The notes: generated from the letters alone by a model not told the origin. A stretch of 63,625 bases of DNA, filler included, from Trichomonas gallinae (GCA_008369845.1; 5 parts of 5 records of this genome joined end to end with filler, not necessarily neighbours in it); one strand, 5' to 3'. Counted from the whole stretch's first letter, positions 31,742 through 43,219 are shown. Made by a program: numbers and translations.

Positions 31742-31841
31742 NNNNNNNNNNNNNNNNNNNNNNNNNNNNNNNNNNNNNNNNNNNNTTAATTAATTAANNN
31801 NNNNNNNNNNNNNNNNNNNNNNNNNNNNNNNNNNNNNNNNN
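31742..31841. other. Artificial scaffold linker/gap
   Basis: N-run, TTAATTAATTAA (stops in all frames), N-run; 100 bp in total. Confidence 0.97.
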
Positions 31842-32384
31842 CCATTGTGCTATTTCATACTGGATTTGGCAGCATTTTTCTACATATATAATGTTCTTCC
31901 CTCCCCCTATTGCTTGCCAACTCCTGCAATAAAATTGAGAGATGACCGTCAGATTCAAAAATGACCCAAAAATTTACATACGGTATATGTAGAGTTATCT
32001 AAAATAATCTTAATTATATCGATTCAAATATGTTAAACACAAAGAAATATGACTCAATATTTAATCTAAAGTTCTTTTCCAAATTGGCACCAATATTAAC
32101 TTACTCGAAGAACGAATACATTTTTCTTTTCTTTTTGTTTTAATAAAGCTTCCTCATTCTTCTTCATTATTTTGATCATTGTACGATTAATCAATTTGAG
32201 TTCTACGGCTCAACATCTAACACACAAATTCCTAATTATGTTATTAAATGTATCACATAATTCCATAATCCACATTTGTAATAACGTGCTTAGATATTTA
32301 GAAATTAGCCATAATATATGCGTTCATAATGCATTGGAATTAGAATTTTCGTTAATTTTAGTGATGAATTTAAAAAATAAATAT

Positions 32385-33305
32385 TTACTCAGCAAGATAT
32401 CTCTCAGCAAGAAGTGCTGCCTGGCAGCCAGTTCCTGCAGATGTAATGGCCTGACGATATTTCTTATCAGCACAATCACCAACAACAAAGACACCTGGGA
32501 TGTTAGTTTCTGGGGATCCATGTGTAACAAAGTATCCCTGTGCATCTGTTTCGATGAAATCTTTGAAGATTTCTGTGGCTGGTTTATGTCCAATGCAAAT
32601 GAAGACGCCTTCACACTTCAACTCAGACTTTTCGCCTGTCTTGTTGTTTTTCAGCCTCACAGCATTGACCTTTGTGTCGCCTAAGACTTCATCAATTTCA
32701 GAATTCCACATCATCTTGATTGGAGAAGCCTCGATCTTCTTCCTCATTGGCAATGAGGCACGCAACTGATCGCGGCGGACAATCATGTGCACAGACTTGC
32801 AGATGTGGCTCAAGAACAAAGCTTCTTCTGCAGCGGCATCGCCACCACCTACGACAATGACATCCTTTCCTTTGAAGAGAGGACCATCGCATGTAGCGCA
32901 GCCAGAAACACCGCGGCCCTTGAACTTCTCTTCGGATGGCAATCCGAGATACATAGCAGTTGCACCGGTAGCAATGATAACGGTCTTGGCTCTGTACTTG
33001 ACACCCATGTCTGTTTCTAATATCTTAATCTGGCACGAGAAATTGACCTTTGTGACAACTTCATATTTGAATTCAGCGCCAGCGGCTGTTGCCTGCTCCT
33101 CAATCTTAGCAACGAGGCCTGGACCTGTGCCCTTCCAACCTGGGAAGTTCTCAAGCTCTGTTGTCGTTGTTAATTGGCCGCCAGGTTGTTCGCCGTGAAG
33201 AACAACTGTCTTTAAGCCAGCGCGTGCTGCATAAAGGGCTGCTGTGCCTCCAGCTGGGCCACTGCCGATGATTACTAAGTCGTAGTTAAGAAGATCCATA
33301 GACAT
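32385..33305 (-). CDS. trxR: Low-molecular-weight thioredoxin reductase
   Basis: IIGSGPAG, GGQLTTTTELENFPG, active site CATCDG, VGGGDAAAEEA, YRQAITSAGTGCQAA. Confidence 0.97.
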   Translation of the reverse strand: MSMDLLNYDLVIIGSGPAGGTAALYAARAGLKTVVLHGEQPGGQLTTTTELENFPGWKGTGPGLVAKIEEQATAAGAEFKYEVVTKVNFSCQIKILETDMGVKYRAKTVIIATGATAMYLGLPSEEKFKGRGVSGCATCDGPLFKGKDVIVVGGGDAAAEEALFLSHICKSVHMIVRRDQLRASLPMRKKIEASPIKMMWNSEIDEVLGDTKVNAVRLKNNKTGEKSELKCEGVFICIGHKPATEIFKDFIETDAQGYFVTHGSPETNIPGVFVVGDCADKKYRQAITSAGTGCQAALLAERYLAE

Positions 33306-34084
33306 TATGCAAAAAATGAACTGAAATATACAAAAAATAAAAACTTCTCAAAAAATGTCTGACAGAATTAAATTTTGTAACTGATCGATACTATAAACTG
33401 CATCTTCTCCTCAAGAATATGAGAAATCGTGGAGCCATTTTCAAAATCTGCGTGTTTTCGGCGATTTTCAATTTTCAAAATCATCAAAGTAACAAAATAC
33501 AGGGAAAATATCACAATATCTCATTTCTTTACACCTTACATATTAATAATATAGTGTCAAATAACGTTAATTAATATTAATTTTACTTTTTTTGTAGTTT
33601 GGATTATTTAAACATATTGTTTTAAATTACAGTTAACTATAAGAAAAATATCATGAATTATGCAATAGATACACAAAATATCCATTTTTTGCGAACGATT
33701 CAAAATTTAATTTTCAAAAATTGGGTTTAAGCTATAATATGCATAATATTATTGTTCAGATATTAGAATATAATAGAATAATATGTGTGATGTCAATTAT
33801 TATTGTAATTTTAATGAATCAAAACGCACTTAAAAGAAAAAATTCATTTTCCTCAAAGATACCACTACTTTAATAACTAATTTCAACTATAGCATGCATA
33901 TAAATGAGTATAATTGAAATTTACATCATAATCAAAAAAAATTAATAATTTTGTAAAAATCAAGAAAATTGATTGAATGAATATATAATATAAAATCTTT
34001 ATTTCCAAAACTACTAAAATAAAACAATTTCTTCCGAACAAAAAGAAATTTATAAAACAAAAAAAAGAAGTAAATAAAATAACA

Positions 34085-36931
34085 TCAAAACTCAGGGATT
34101 TCAGGCATTGATCCCAAACTAACAAGGAACGGCGCAGACAGCAAGAAACCACCTTCCAAGCCGTATTGCTCACGCTGCTGCTGGTTTCTAAACACAGCGA
34201 CTCTCAACTCATTCACTAACTCAGCTAAATGCGTTTGCAGTTTCTCCGTGTCAACAAAATCATTAACAATTGCACTGGCGAAGTCGTATATTATCTGAGG
34301 ATCAAGGCCTTCTGTTATCATGCCTATCCTCTCTGAAAGCGCAGTTATAAGTTCCTCGCTTTCACATCCCGTCCTGCACTGCAGCTCCATCATTGAGTGA
34401 ATAGTTCTCGTAAACATTGTAAACAGCTGCATATTATTTACAGGCATCATCATTCCTTCAATTATCGCGCCGCATAATGACAAGAAGAACTGCTCCAGGA
34501 ATGTCATGCTAAACAAGTTATTGCTGCTCTCGACTATGAGTGTAACTGTCGAAAGAGCAGATGCTACTGTCTGATCATTCGTCCTAGAAAGCCCCCATTC
34601 AACGACGGATTCAAGTGGAGCGCATAAACCAACATCGAACGACTCCAAAGAGCTTGCACATGCAACAGCTGCTTGAATGAGCTCGAATACTGATATTTCG
34701 ACATCAGGGCATTCTTCTCCTGAATCAATAATCGACTCTGCTGTTGAAGTAATGACATTCGCACAAAGTGCTAAAGATAAATCAGTGTCAACATTTTCTC
34801 TTCTTATAAATTGCGCGAAACATTTGAGGGCCTGTGGATATCTGAACTGAATATGGCTTTCGGTGTAATCTTGTACAATGCAAGAAACGACATCACCAGC
34901 AAGTTGCACTTCGCTTCTTGCTGAAACTTTTTCGAATAACTCAAAAATAGCATCTCTCATTGCTCTATTTCTTGGAACGTCGTCAGCTGGAATTGCATGG
35001 AAAACTGTCATTGCACTTGAAACAATATTCTTGATTATCTCCTGCATGTCTTCGTCGTTTGATGACACGATTTCTGTTAGCGATGTGATCGATAATCGAA
35101 ATATTGACACATCAACAGTATCTAGCTGCTGCATCACTTCATTCCATCTATTTAGTGGATATCCAAGACCACTATTTACCAAATTCTGTTTCTCTGTTGG
35201 CCCAGCTGTGTGTATCAATGCAGCGAGAGCTCTGAAGAATGATGGGTGACACTCTGGATTCAATTGATTCGCAATTTCTTCGCACGACGATAATATTTCT
35301 CTTCCTCCGCTGTTTAAGGATTGCTGCGGAATGAAATTGCAGACTTTATCGAACTGCTGGATGCAAAACATCTGGAACTCCAATGATGTGGAGCCCAAAG
35401 CCCATTCAATCATATGCTTCAAGACTTGTGACAAAACTGTTAGATTCGTTTTAAGATACTGAACATATTCAGAGCAAATAATCAATAAACCTATCGCGAA
35501 GTCTTGTCTTTCCTCTGATTTTTGGAGCAGATACATGATTGCGTCGTTGGCTGATTTGAGTTTTAGCTGCTCAGGAAGAGCTACTGACATTGCGCCAAAT
35601 GCGAAACATTTGCAAAAGAGGTTTTCTCCGCTTGTTGATAGTATTCCGCCAACTACACCTTGTGTGATGTATTCTGGATCTATTTTCGTGAGATTGTGGA
35701 TTAATTGAGATGTAACGTTGTAAATTGTTTCTTCTGTGTCTTCGTGCATGAATGGGAAGGCAGGAGGTGGGATCATTTTAGACACTGTGATTTTAATAAG
35801 CGTGTGAATGTAATGTTTCGAAAGTCTGATTTCAGATGAATCTCTTATCATTTGTTGGGTGATTTCTTCCCAAAATTCGATACATATGTCGTATGTAGGA
35901 CTGAATGAAAGTTCAAACAAATGCAAAAGCCAATGAATAACAGGAACAAAAGGAGAAGGATTGTATGCGATAAAGAGAAGAATACGATATTGGTCGTATC
36001 TTAGATATTCTATGAGGCACTGAGCCATTTTGTTAGCAAGATCAGGTGCCATTTGGCATAAATTATGAAAATCGAAATTTTCATCTATCCAAGACGAAAG
36101 AAGCTCATATTGAAATGCAAATGAGCCCTCTACTATTTTGGGTAGCGAAAGATCCTGATATTTCGTTTTCGGTATAACTGATAAGCAATTTAAAATAGCA
36201 AGCTTAAAATTATCATTAGTAAATAGATTTTTGATGGATTCAATAAATATTTGATTAGTAACTACAAGTGGATTCGTATACTTTATCATTCTAGCTAAAC
36301 AATCTAATCCAGCGATGATTAAATCTTCGTCTGTAGTTTCATTTAGAATGTCGGAAATGAAAGATATTATCATGGGTGCATCTTTCATCAAAGCCGATTC
36401 GAGCTCTCTATGACGCATTATAGGGATTCCGGAATTAATCGTTTCTTTAATGTCTTGTGTAAGGAATTCGAATAGTCTGGTACAATTTATAGGTGCTCCA
36501 CCTTGCATTTTTGCGTTTTGAATTAACAATCTTGAGAATTCTGGCCAATTATTTGGCCATTCTTTTTTAAGTATTTCAATTAAGCAAATTATCTCGAAAG
36601 ATGATTCTTTGTCGTTATCAGGTCCATACATAGTTGTTGAAACAGCATCGAAGAAGAATTTTTTCAAAGATGATCTTTTTTCGACAGTTATTATATCCCA
36701 TACTCTCGATAGGATCTCTTTTAGAATAGTCAGGATATTTATTCGCGCGTATACATTCTGAGATCTTGTGATTATCGGTTCTACCATATCGATCGGACCT
36801 AAAGTCATCTTATATTCCTGCAAAATATCATGGTACTCCTTGAAATCTTGTTCCGGGACAGCGAATTTAGAAGATAGTTCCTCAAACTGTTCAAAAGTCA
36901 AAGTCACACCTTCTTGTTTCGCTGCTGTCAT
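34085..36931 (-). CDS. Divergent exportin-1/CRM1-like karyopherin
   Basis: Importin-beta N-like region, EILKKEWPNNWPEF Xpo1-like motif, ICIEFW, HEAT-like helices. Confidence 0.75.
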   Translation of the reverse strand: MTAAKQEGVTLTFEQFEELSSKFAVPEQDFKEYHDILQEYKMTLGPIDMVEPIITRSQNVYARINILTILKEILSRVWDIITVEKRSSLKKFFFDAVSTTMYGPDNDKESSFEIICLIEILKKEWPNNWPEFSRLLIQNAKMQGGAPINCTRLFEFLTQDIKETINSGIPIMRHRELESALMKDAPMIISFISDILNETTDEDLIIAGLDCLARMIKYTNPLVVTNQIFIESIKNLFTNDNFKLAILNCLSVIPKTKYQDLSLPKIVEGSFAFQYELLSSWIDENFDFHNLCQMAPDLANKMAQCLIEYLRYDQYRILLFIAYNPSPFVPVIHWLLHLFELSFSPTYDICIEFWEEITQQMIRDSSEIRLSKHYIHTLIKITVSKMIPPPAFPFMHEDTEETIYNVTSQLIHNLTKIDPEYITQGVVGGILSTSGENLFCKCFAFGAMSVALPEQLKLKSANDAIMYLLQKSEERQDFAIGLLIICSEYVQYLKTNLTVLSQVLKHMIEWALGSTSLEFQMFCIQQFDKVCNFIPQQSLNSGGREILSSCEEIANQLNPECHPSFFRALAALIHTAGPTEKQNLVNSGLGYPLNRWNEVMQQLDTVDVSIFRLSITSLTEIVSSNDEDMQEIIKNIVSSAMTVFHAIPADDVPRNRAMRDAIFELFEKVSARSEVQLAGDVVSCIVQDYTESHIQFRYPQALKCFAQFIRRENVDTDLSLALCANVITSTAESIIDSGEECPDVEISVFELIQAAVACASSLESFDVGLCAPLESVVEWGLSRTNDQTVASALSTVTLIVESSNNLFSMTFLEQFFLSLCGAIIEGMMMPVNNMQLFTMFTRTIHSMMELQCRTGCESEELITALSERIGMITEGLDPQIIYDFASAIVNDFVDTEKLQTHLAELVNELRVAVFRNQQQREQYGLEGGFLLSAPFLVSLGSMPEIPEF

Positions 36932-36945
36932 TGTAAACTTTTAAC

Positions 36946-37090
36946 TTTGAATGGTTTACGTTAGAAGAATTTGACATTTGAATAGTTTACGTAACAAAAA
37001 GTTCGAGATTTCACTGATTTACGTTGCAGAAAAATTGGAAATTGAATAGTTTACGTTGCGAAATTTGACAAATGGAAAATTTGACAGTTG
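36946..37090. promoter_or_regulatory. Tandem TTGAATAGTTTACGT array upstream of the exportin-like gene
   Basis: Four degenerate copies (near 36947, 36978, 37015, 37042) plus AATTTGACA repeats. Confidence 0.55.
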
Positions 37091-37736
37091 AAAATTTCAC
37101 ATACCAAAAATTTAATATTTTATGTACAATAGTTGATCTTCGCTGTGTAGATGCGAAAAACTTGGAAATTAGAGATATATAATTACATTTTTATGAATCA
37201 CTTCAAAATGTTGAAAGAAATATCATAGATTTGGAACTAAAATTCAGATTACTATTTTCATTATATAGAATATAAGGCGTGTGTGGATGCTGATACTAGC
37301 GAGCTGAAGAATTTGTACACACGATTTCTGGTAAAAATATATCTTATTAAACTTTTTTGATCAAAAAAATTCAAAAATATTCTTTTTTTAAATAAACAAA
37401 ACATTAAAATTAAATAATAAATAAAAGAATATGTTGCATAATAGCTAAGAAATATTTCTACATTACAATTTTTGCAATATGAATCATTTTGAAAAATTTA
37501 TTTATAAAATGATAAATACATTTTTTTATAGAAAAAGATCATAATTTATTCTACATTTTTGTAGTTATGTGGTATATGCATCTATAAGAGCCAAAACCAA
37601 ATCCAATCATTCTTTAATTTCATTCGGATATTAAAAATCTACTGCAAACGAATAATAATGAATAATATATTCTATTTGTAAGATAAGTATATGTATGTAT
37701 GCTCAGGTTGAAATAAAAAAAAAGAAATTTCATTGA

Positions 37737-38578
37737 CTATGCGGGTATATTTTCTTTTGGACGATAATAGTTGATACAATTCATTTTGGAATAAAAATGG
37801 AAAATATTGCAAATTGAATAGTCATTTTCTAAAGATGAATTATCAATGGTTGGATTGGCATCTACTTGACGACTTGAATTCATGAATTTTATAATTAATT
37901 CTTGATGATCAATTATATTTAAATGGAGATTTATTAGAGTAAAGTGTAGCATTGCAAGTCGGAAATTTGGTTAATTTTTCGTAATGAATATCCATAGTTG
38001 AATTTTAGGATTATGAAGAACTTAATATAAGAATACGAGAAGTAGAATGAAATTATGAACATTAGCATGCCATACATATATGTAACCAAAGCAACGAAAA
38101 TTTCGAAAGTGAATCCGTATCTAAATTCGAGAAATTCGAAAGCATAGCATATAATTTGATACATTTCATAGTAAAAGAACGTTTCAATTATATGTGATAT
38201 TCCACCGAAATTTGCATCTTGCAGAATTGTAGAAGTTGTTAATTTCAAACTTCCTAGAATTTTGTTTCCGATGGTTTTAAAATCATTGGATACATCTCTT
38301 TCGTGGTTTGGAATTTCTATGATAAATTCTGTTTGAAATGATTCATAGATCGTATAAATGAATGCAATAATTTGACGTGTGAGTAATATTATGAATATTT
38401 TCATCATATAAAGCTGCTTGAGTCCGAATTTTTGAATAAAATTGAAATTCAAATTAAGAAATAATGCAGTATTGATGCCTTCCAATACTATGAACCATGC
38501 TATGACAAAGTGTGTGAGCTGTGTTAATACATAATGATTTACTCTTTCATAGTAATTGAATTGATATCGTTTCTTCAT
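37737..38578 (-). pseudogene. Possible degenerate multi-TM membrane-protein gene split over two overlapping frames
   Basis: A 214-aa hydrophobic ORF (37934-38578) overlaps a 71-aa ORF (37737-37952). Very AT-rich, no clear family motif. Confidence 0.35.
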
Positions 38579-38803
38579 ATTTCATAATGACAAAATTTTC
38601 GAGGAAATGCTTTCATTGCCACTTCTAATACACAATATTTCTGTTTCGAATTAAATTATCATTCTGACATGTAAATTTTTTACATATCAATTTTTTCTCA
38701 CGCATTTAAACACATTTATAAATTGGTCAACTGCAATGTAATTGATGAAACTATCTTATTATTTTGATAAACACTCGATATATTAGAATTTCAAATATAT
38801 ATT

Positions 38804-39358
38804 TTACTTTTGAGTAATTTTAACATCTGTAATCTTGCATGTGAATCCTTCTCTCTGTGGTGAGCAAGCATAAACGCCAACCATCAATTCTTCTGGATCA
38901 GCAGCGAGATGAGCAATTCTAACAAGGAACCACTTGCCACCATCGATTGATGCTCTGACAGAGATTGCATCCTTAACGCGCTCTAACTGATAGCTGACCT
39001 TATGAACTGTTGATGGAATTTCTTGAACAGACCAATCAGAATAGCCATTGTTTGTGACAACAGCACCAAGATGGCTAAATTCTTTTGTTTCAAATTCTGT
39101 ACTGGACTTTACCCAATTATCTGCATCATGACGAACCATGACACCGCACTGATCATAAATGACAGTGCCAACGAAATCTGTTGTAGCCTCTAAAACGAAG
39201 TCACCTTTGACCTTTTTATAAAGAAAATGTCCATCATCGCGGCGGAAGCCGTAATGAGTTCTCTGCCAGAAGTCTGTATCCTTCTTTGTGGTTATTTCAA
39301 CACCATTATCGAGTTTTGTGAACTTTAATGGCTCATTGTACCACTCGAAACCCTCCAT
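38804..39358 (-). CDS. DUF1349 family (concanavalin-like fold) protein, bacterial-like
   Basis: TDFWQRTHYGFRRDDGHF, YDQCG, WVKSSTE, GAVVTNNGYSDWS, VGVYACSP. TCACTTTCATT directly before the ATG. Confidence 0.88.
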   Translation of the reverse strand: MEGFEWYNEPLKFTKLDNGVEITTKKDTDFWQRTHYGFRRDDGHFLYKKVKGDFVLEATTDFVGTVIYDQCGVMVRHDADNWVKSSTEFETKEFSHLGAVVTNNGYSDWSVQEIPSTVHKVSYQLERVKDAISVRASIDGGKWFLVRIAHLAADPEELMVGVYACSPQREGFTCKITDVKITQK

Positions 39359-40096
39359 AATGAAAGTGAAGTGTTTTTACTTAGCAACATATGATATCCG
39401 ATGCAATTTCCATGATAACTACATTCATATATGTTTGATCGAGTTACGGAGGAACTTAAACACGATGGTTGCTTGGTCGCAATTGATTGGAGAAAACAAC
39501 TGAGTCTGGGACTCAGTTAAACATCAAATTTATATATAGTATGCGTGAAGGGGCAGCATAGTTTCATGATAACATGACTTTGTAATTTTGAATAGGAATA
39601 ATTATTATCAATTTGTCATGTAATTATTTTACAAAACAAATTTTGTCACTTTTATAGAAAATATTTGCTGCCATTGAATCAAATGTGAAAATTTTTCACA
39701 CATTATAACACAGAAATATAATTGATTTGACGTCTCGTGATTAAAAACTTGTTGATATTATTGTGTTTCTCCATCGTTTTAATGTCAAGAATTATTATGA
39801 TTTTGCACCTTGTAAATCACATACAATTTTTCACAATTTTTACACTTATATATGAATATTCCTAGCTGATATGATTCATAACTATGCAGAATAGTATAAT
39901 AACTATGTACAATTTGAAAATAAGCATAAAATTATTTCCAACAAAATTTTGCAAGGAAAATCCTATTTTTCTATTGTTTCATGTATATAAATACTAAATA
40001 TATACATTTGTTTGGAAAACTAAAACTTAAAATGATTTGGATTTTGTGATTTGTAAAAAAAAGTTAGTAATTATAAAATATAAAGTCACCATCCCT

Positions 40097-40501
40097 TTAG
40101 AAAACGGCTGGGGCGACAGAAGCAACCTTTGGCCAAAGTTCAGCAGCTTCCTTAGCAACTGGACCAGTGATAGCGGAGCCCTTCATTTCACCCTTTTCGT
40201 TGATGATAACGCCGGCGTTATCCTGGAATCCGATAACGACACCATCCTTGCGGCGCCAGATAGCGCGCTGGCGAACGACGACGCCCATTGAGACTTTCTT
40301 GCGGAGGGCTGGCTTACCCTTCTTGCATGTAACAACAATAAGATCGGAAACAGAGGCGGCTGGAAGACGGTTAAGACGGCCCTTGTGACCACGAACGGAA
40401 ATGATGAACATGTTCTTGGCACCAGAGTTATCGCAGCAGTTGATGACTGCACCGACTGGGAGACCCTCTGTCATGGCAAACTTTGTGCCTTGCTGACCTG
40501 T
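40097..40501 (-). CDS. RPL23: 60S ribosomal protein L23 (uL14); 5' end lost in the gap
   Basis: [30 protein letters not shown]...[10 protein letters not shown]...[31 protein letters not shown]. Confidence 0.97.
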   Translation of the reverse strand, partial: TGQQGTKFAMTEGLPVGAVINCCDNSGAKNMFIISVRGHKGRLNRLPAASVSDLIVVTCKKGKPALRKKVSMGVVVRQRAIWRRKDGVVIGFQDNAGVIINEKGEMKGSAITGPVAKEAAELWPKVASVAPAVF

Positions 40502-40601
40502 NNNNNNNNNNNNNNNNNNNNNNNNNNNNNNNNNNNNNNNNNNNNTTAATTAATTAANNNNNNNNNNNNNNNNNNNNNNNNNNNNNNNNNNNNNNNNNNN
40601 N
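40502..40601. other. Artificial scaffold linker/gap
   Basis: N-run, TTAATTAATTAA, N-run. Confidence 0.97.
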
Positions 40602-40603
40602 AA

Positions 40604-41716
40604 GCGAGAAAGAATAAAAACAAGAAGAATAAGCCCAAGCCTAAATCTAAAACTTTCAGTTCAGATTCGGATGATGAGCCAGTGTCAATGAGAAGCAAAT
40701 TAAAGCATGTTAATAAATCGCCAACGAGGAATCACAGAAATGGTGAAAAAGCGAAAATTGACATCCCTCATCCACAGCCGAGAAACAAAATCAGAAGATC
40801 CGTGCCTACACCTCCACCCAAGCAAATTCCGAGATACATAGAAAGCGAAGATAATTCAGGCACAAGGGGTCCAACACTCTTCCAGCCAAAAGTTCCAAGC
40901 ATCGATGAAACGCAAGAATGGTGGTTATCAACGAGTCTCAAGCCAGGTATTTTCTATCCACAGAAAGGACAGAAAGTCGTTTTCGTTTCTTCAGCCCTCA
41001 AAGCTTTCTCGCGAGACAACAGTTATCCATTCACCGCTCCTTACAGACTCAACAAGCATGTTTCTCCACTGTCAAAAGGCGAAATCACATCTATCGAATA
41101 TAGAAATGATGGTTGCACTGTTAATGTTAAATTCCCTGAGCACCAGTTTGAGTGTCAGATATATGTACCTGTTCCATCTCCTCCTCTGTACTTGATTCCT
41201 CAAGAGATCTTCGAAGACAAACTCACAGAGCCATACAAGAGAGGCCGCAAAGTCAAGACGATAGATAACAGGCCAGCGACTGTTGAATCTCGAGTGAAGT
41301 GTAATGATGGATTCCAATGTTTGCAAGTTTCTGTTGACGACAATGTCTACACTGCGAATACATGGGACATCGTGAAGATTGACAGCAACCCGCTGAACAT
41401 GGGCATAACTACACGTCTTGAGAGGGCGAATCAGAGAGCAGGACAAAGGATCGATCAACACATTGGAAAGATTCCAAGAATCGAAAATTGTCAGAATGAC
41501 AAGAGGATTGCTTCTAAGGGATTGAGGCCGATTTCACTTGAAATGATTCTGAAAAGATGCCAAAATGCTTATTATAAGTCAATATACAGTTTAATTTCAG
41601 ATATTGATGAACTTGTCAAAGTTGCAGCTGTTATCGGAGTCAAAGGTGAAGCATTCAAAGATCTGATCGATGATGTGAAAGAAGATGCTGCTACTGCCTT
41701 TCGTGGAATCGAATAA
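40604..41716 (+). CDS. 3' part of a BRWD/PHIP-like protein (Tudor-like + degenerate bromodomain); 5'-truncated by the gap
   Basis: Frame is open from the gap edge. FYPQKGQKVVF resembles PHIP FVPQMGDEVYY. PISLEMILKRCQNAYYKSIYSLISDI is bromodomain-like. Confidence 0.65.
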   Translation, partial: ARKNKNKKNKPKPKSKTFSSDSDDEPVSMRSKLKHVNKSPTRNHRNGEKAKIDIPHPQPRNKIRRSVPTPPPKQIPRYIESEDNSGTRGPTLFQPKVPSIDETQEWWLSTSLKPGIFYPQKGQKVVFVSSALKAFSRDNSYPFTAPYRLNKHVSPLSKGEITSIEYRNDGCTVNVKFPEHQFECQIYVPVPSPPLYLIPQEIFEDKLTEPYKRGRKVKTIDNRPATVESRVKCNDGFQCLQVSVDDNVYTANTWDIVKIDSNPLNMGITTRLERANQRAGQRIDQHIGKIPRIENCQNDKRIASKGLRPISLEMILKRCQNAYYKSIYSLISDIDELVKVAAVIGVKGEAFKDLIDDVKEDAATAFRGIE

Positions 41717-41724
41717 TTTCTTAT

Positions 41725-41835
41725 TCTGTCATGTAAATTAAAAATTTGTTATTAATTTGTTATGTAAACTAAAACTTTGTTATGTATATTTATAATATTT
41801 TCTGTCACGTAAATTAAAAATTTGTTATGTAAAAT
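41725..41835 (+). promoter_or_regulatory. TGTCATGTAAA-type array upstream of the 41859 ORF
   Basis: Copies near 41727, 41758, 41778, 41803 and 41823, including a duplicated TCTGTCAYGTAAATTAAAAATTTGTTAT. Confidence 0.55.
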
Positions 41836-41858
41836 TTTTTCAGTCATTTTATAGATAA

Positions 41859-42239
41859 ATGAGTGCTGTTCCTGAAATCGCGAGTGTTGTAATGCTGGAA
41901 AAAGGAAAACCGAAGAACGTGTTCCTTAAAATAGAGCACAACTCAGATAAGGGATTTTTCTTGAACGTTTGCGATACACCAAATTCAATTTTTACAAAGA
42001 CTTCTTATCCAATCAAAAGATCAATCGTTGAACTTAAAAACTCTGACCAAACGAAGTGTTCTATCTTATTTATGACCACTGCTCAAGAAATTATGTTCAC
42101 ATTCAAAACGCCGAATGAAGCGCAAGCATATTTGAAGTTCATTACTGAAAAGTCAGATGTTCATGCAGAAAACAGGGCGATTGAGCAAATTGATGACGAA
42201 ATGAAGCAAATGTGGCCATTTCCAGGTTTCTTCATTTAA
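41859..42239 (+). CDS. Small PH-like domain protein (hypothetical)
   Basis: Beta-rich segment followed by a FTFKTPNEAQAYLKFI helix typical of PH C-termini. TCATT upstream, TAAA stop. Confidence 0.6.
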   Translation: MSAVPEIASVVMLEKGKPKNVFLKIEHNSDKGFFLNVCDTPNSIFTKTSYPIKRSIVELKNSDQTKCSILFMTTAQEIMFTFKTPNEAQAYLKFITEKSDVHAENRAIEQIDDEMKQMWPFPGFFI

Positions 42240-42574
42240 AATCTTAGTACAAATGCAAACATTCCTGATGAATTCATTTCCCAATACGTTTATTAACTTT
42301 TTCTTAATTTGCCAAAAATATCTTTAACAATGAATAACTCAAAGCAAAAATAATCTCAACTCATAGTCTTTATATCACAAAAACTATATCTAATTTAATG
42401 CATCTCCAATAATATTTATATAATATAAATATTTTAAATACTTACAGAAATCTATTCTTACTATGGAAAATGGAACGATTTTCAATAAACAATTACTATC
42501 CATGTATTATTTAAACTGAATTAGAAAAAATATCTTTTTAAATATTAAAAAACAAACAATAAAAGATAGTAGGC

Positions 42575-43219
42575 TCAGATGCTAGACATTGATGGATCTG
42601 GTGTTAAAGAGCCGAAAAATTCGATATTTGTTAAAGCAAGCATATTACTGTCGCACCAGCTGTAGCCAGTTTGGATTAATCTGCAGAATCTAAAGTTTGA
42701 TGGTATTTTGCATTTAAAATAAGCGATTTTTGATCTTCCATTCAAATCACTGCAAGTTGCTTGATGATCAATATCTACCCAGTCACTATCATTCGCTGAA
42801 GCCTGCAATGACCATGTTTTCAAGTGGTTTCCATCAGCAACGTAATTATATGTTTTAATAACGTATCCTGTTATTTGGTACTTGATTTGTTTGAAGTCGA
42901 ATTTAATCCACTGGTCAGGCTCATTGTTCGAAACCCAATGTGAATTCCATTTATAGTCAATAACTTGTGACGGATGATTTCCCGCTGTGCTTGATGCTGT
43001 GATATTGATAATTCCCTTTTCATATGGATTACCCATGCATATTTCTGATATTCTTGCTATAATTCCATTGAATGGATTTTCTGGATCATAATTTATCGTC
43101 TCCATCGAGAAATCATTCTTATCTTTTGTGTTGTGGCGGCGTGGCTTATTAGGAGATGCTGACGCATTATTATCGCCTTTAGTGTCAGGTGTTTGAGGTT
43201 GGTTAGAATTCTCACTCAT
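42575..43219 (-). CDS. F5/8 type C (discoidin/galactose-binding-like) domain protein
   Basis: PFNGII, ITASST, QWIKFDFK, HLKTWSLQASAND..W..ID, FRFCRLIQTG, IEFFG. ATG 43219. Confidence 0.85.
   Translation of the reverse strand: MSENSNQPQTPDTKGDNNASASPNKPRRHNTKDKNDFSMETINYDPENPFNGIIARISEICMGNPYEKGIINITASSTAGNHPSQVIDYKWNSHWVSNNEPDQWIKFDFKQIKYQITGYVIKTYNYVADGNHLKTWSLQASANDSDWVDIDHQATCSDLNGRSKIAYFKCKIPSNFRFCRLIQTGYSWCDSNMLALTNIEFFGSLTPDPSMSSI

Noticed and set aside
32214..32230. TCTAACACACAA resembling the trichomonad intron branch/3' motif
   Set aside because: Lacks the terminal AG, is intergenic and has no flanking exons.
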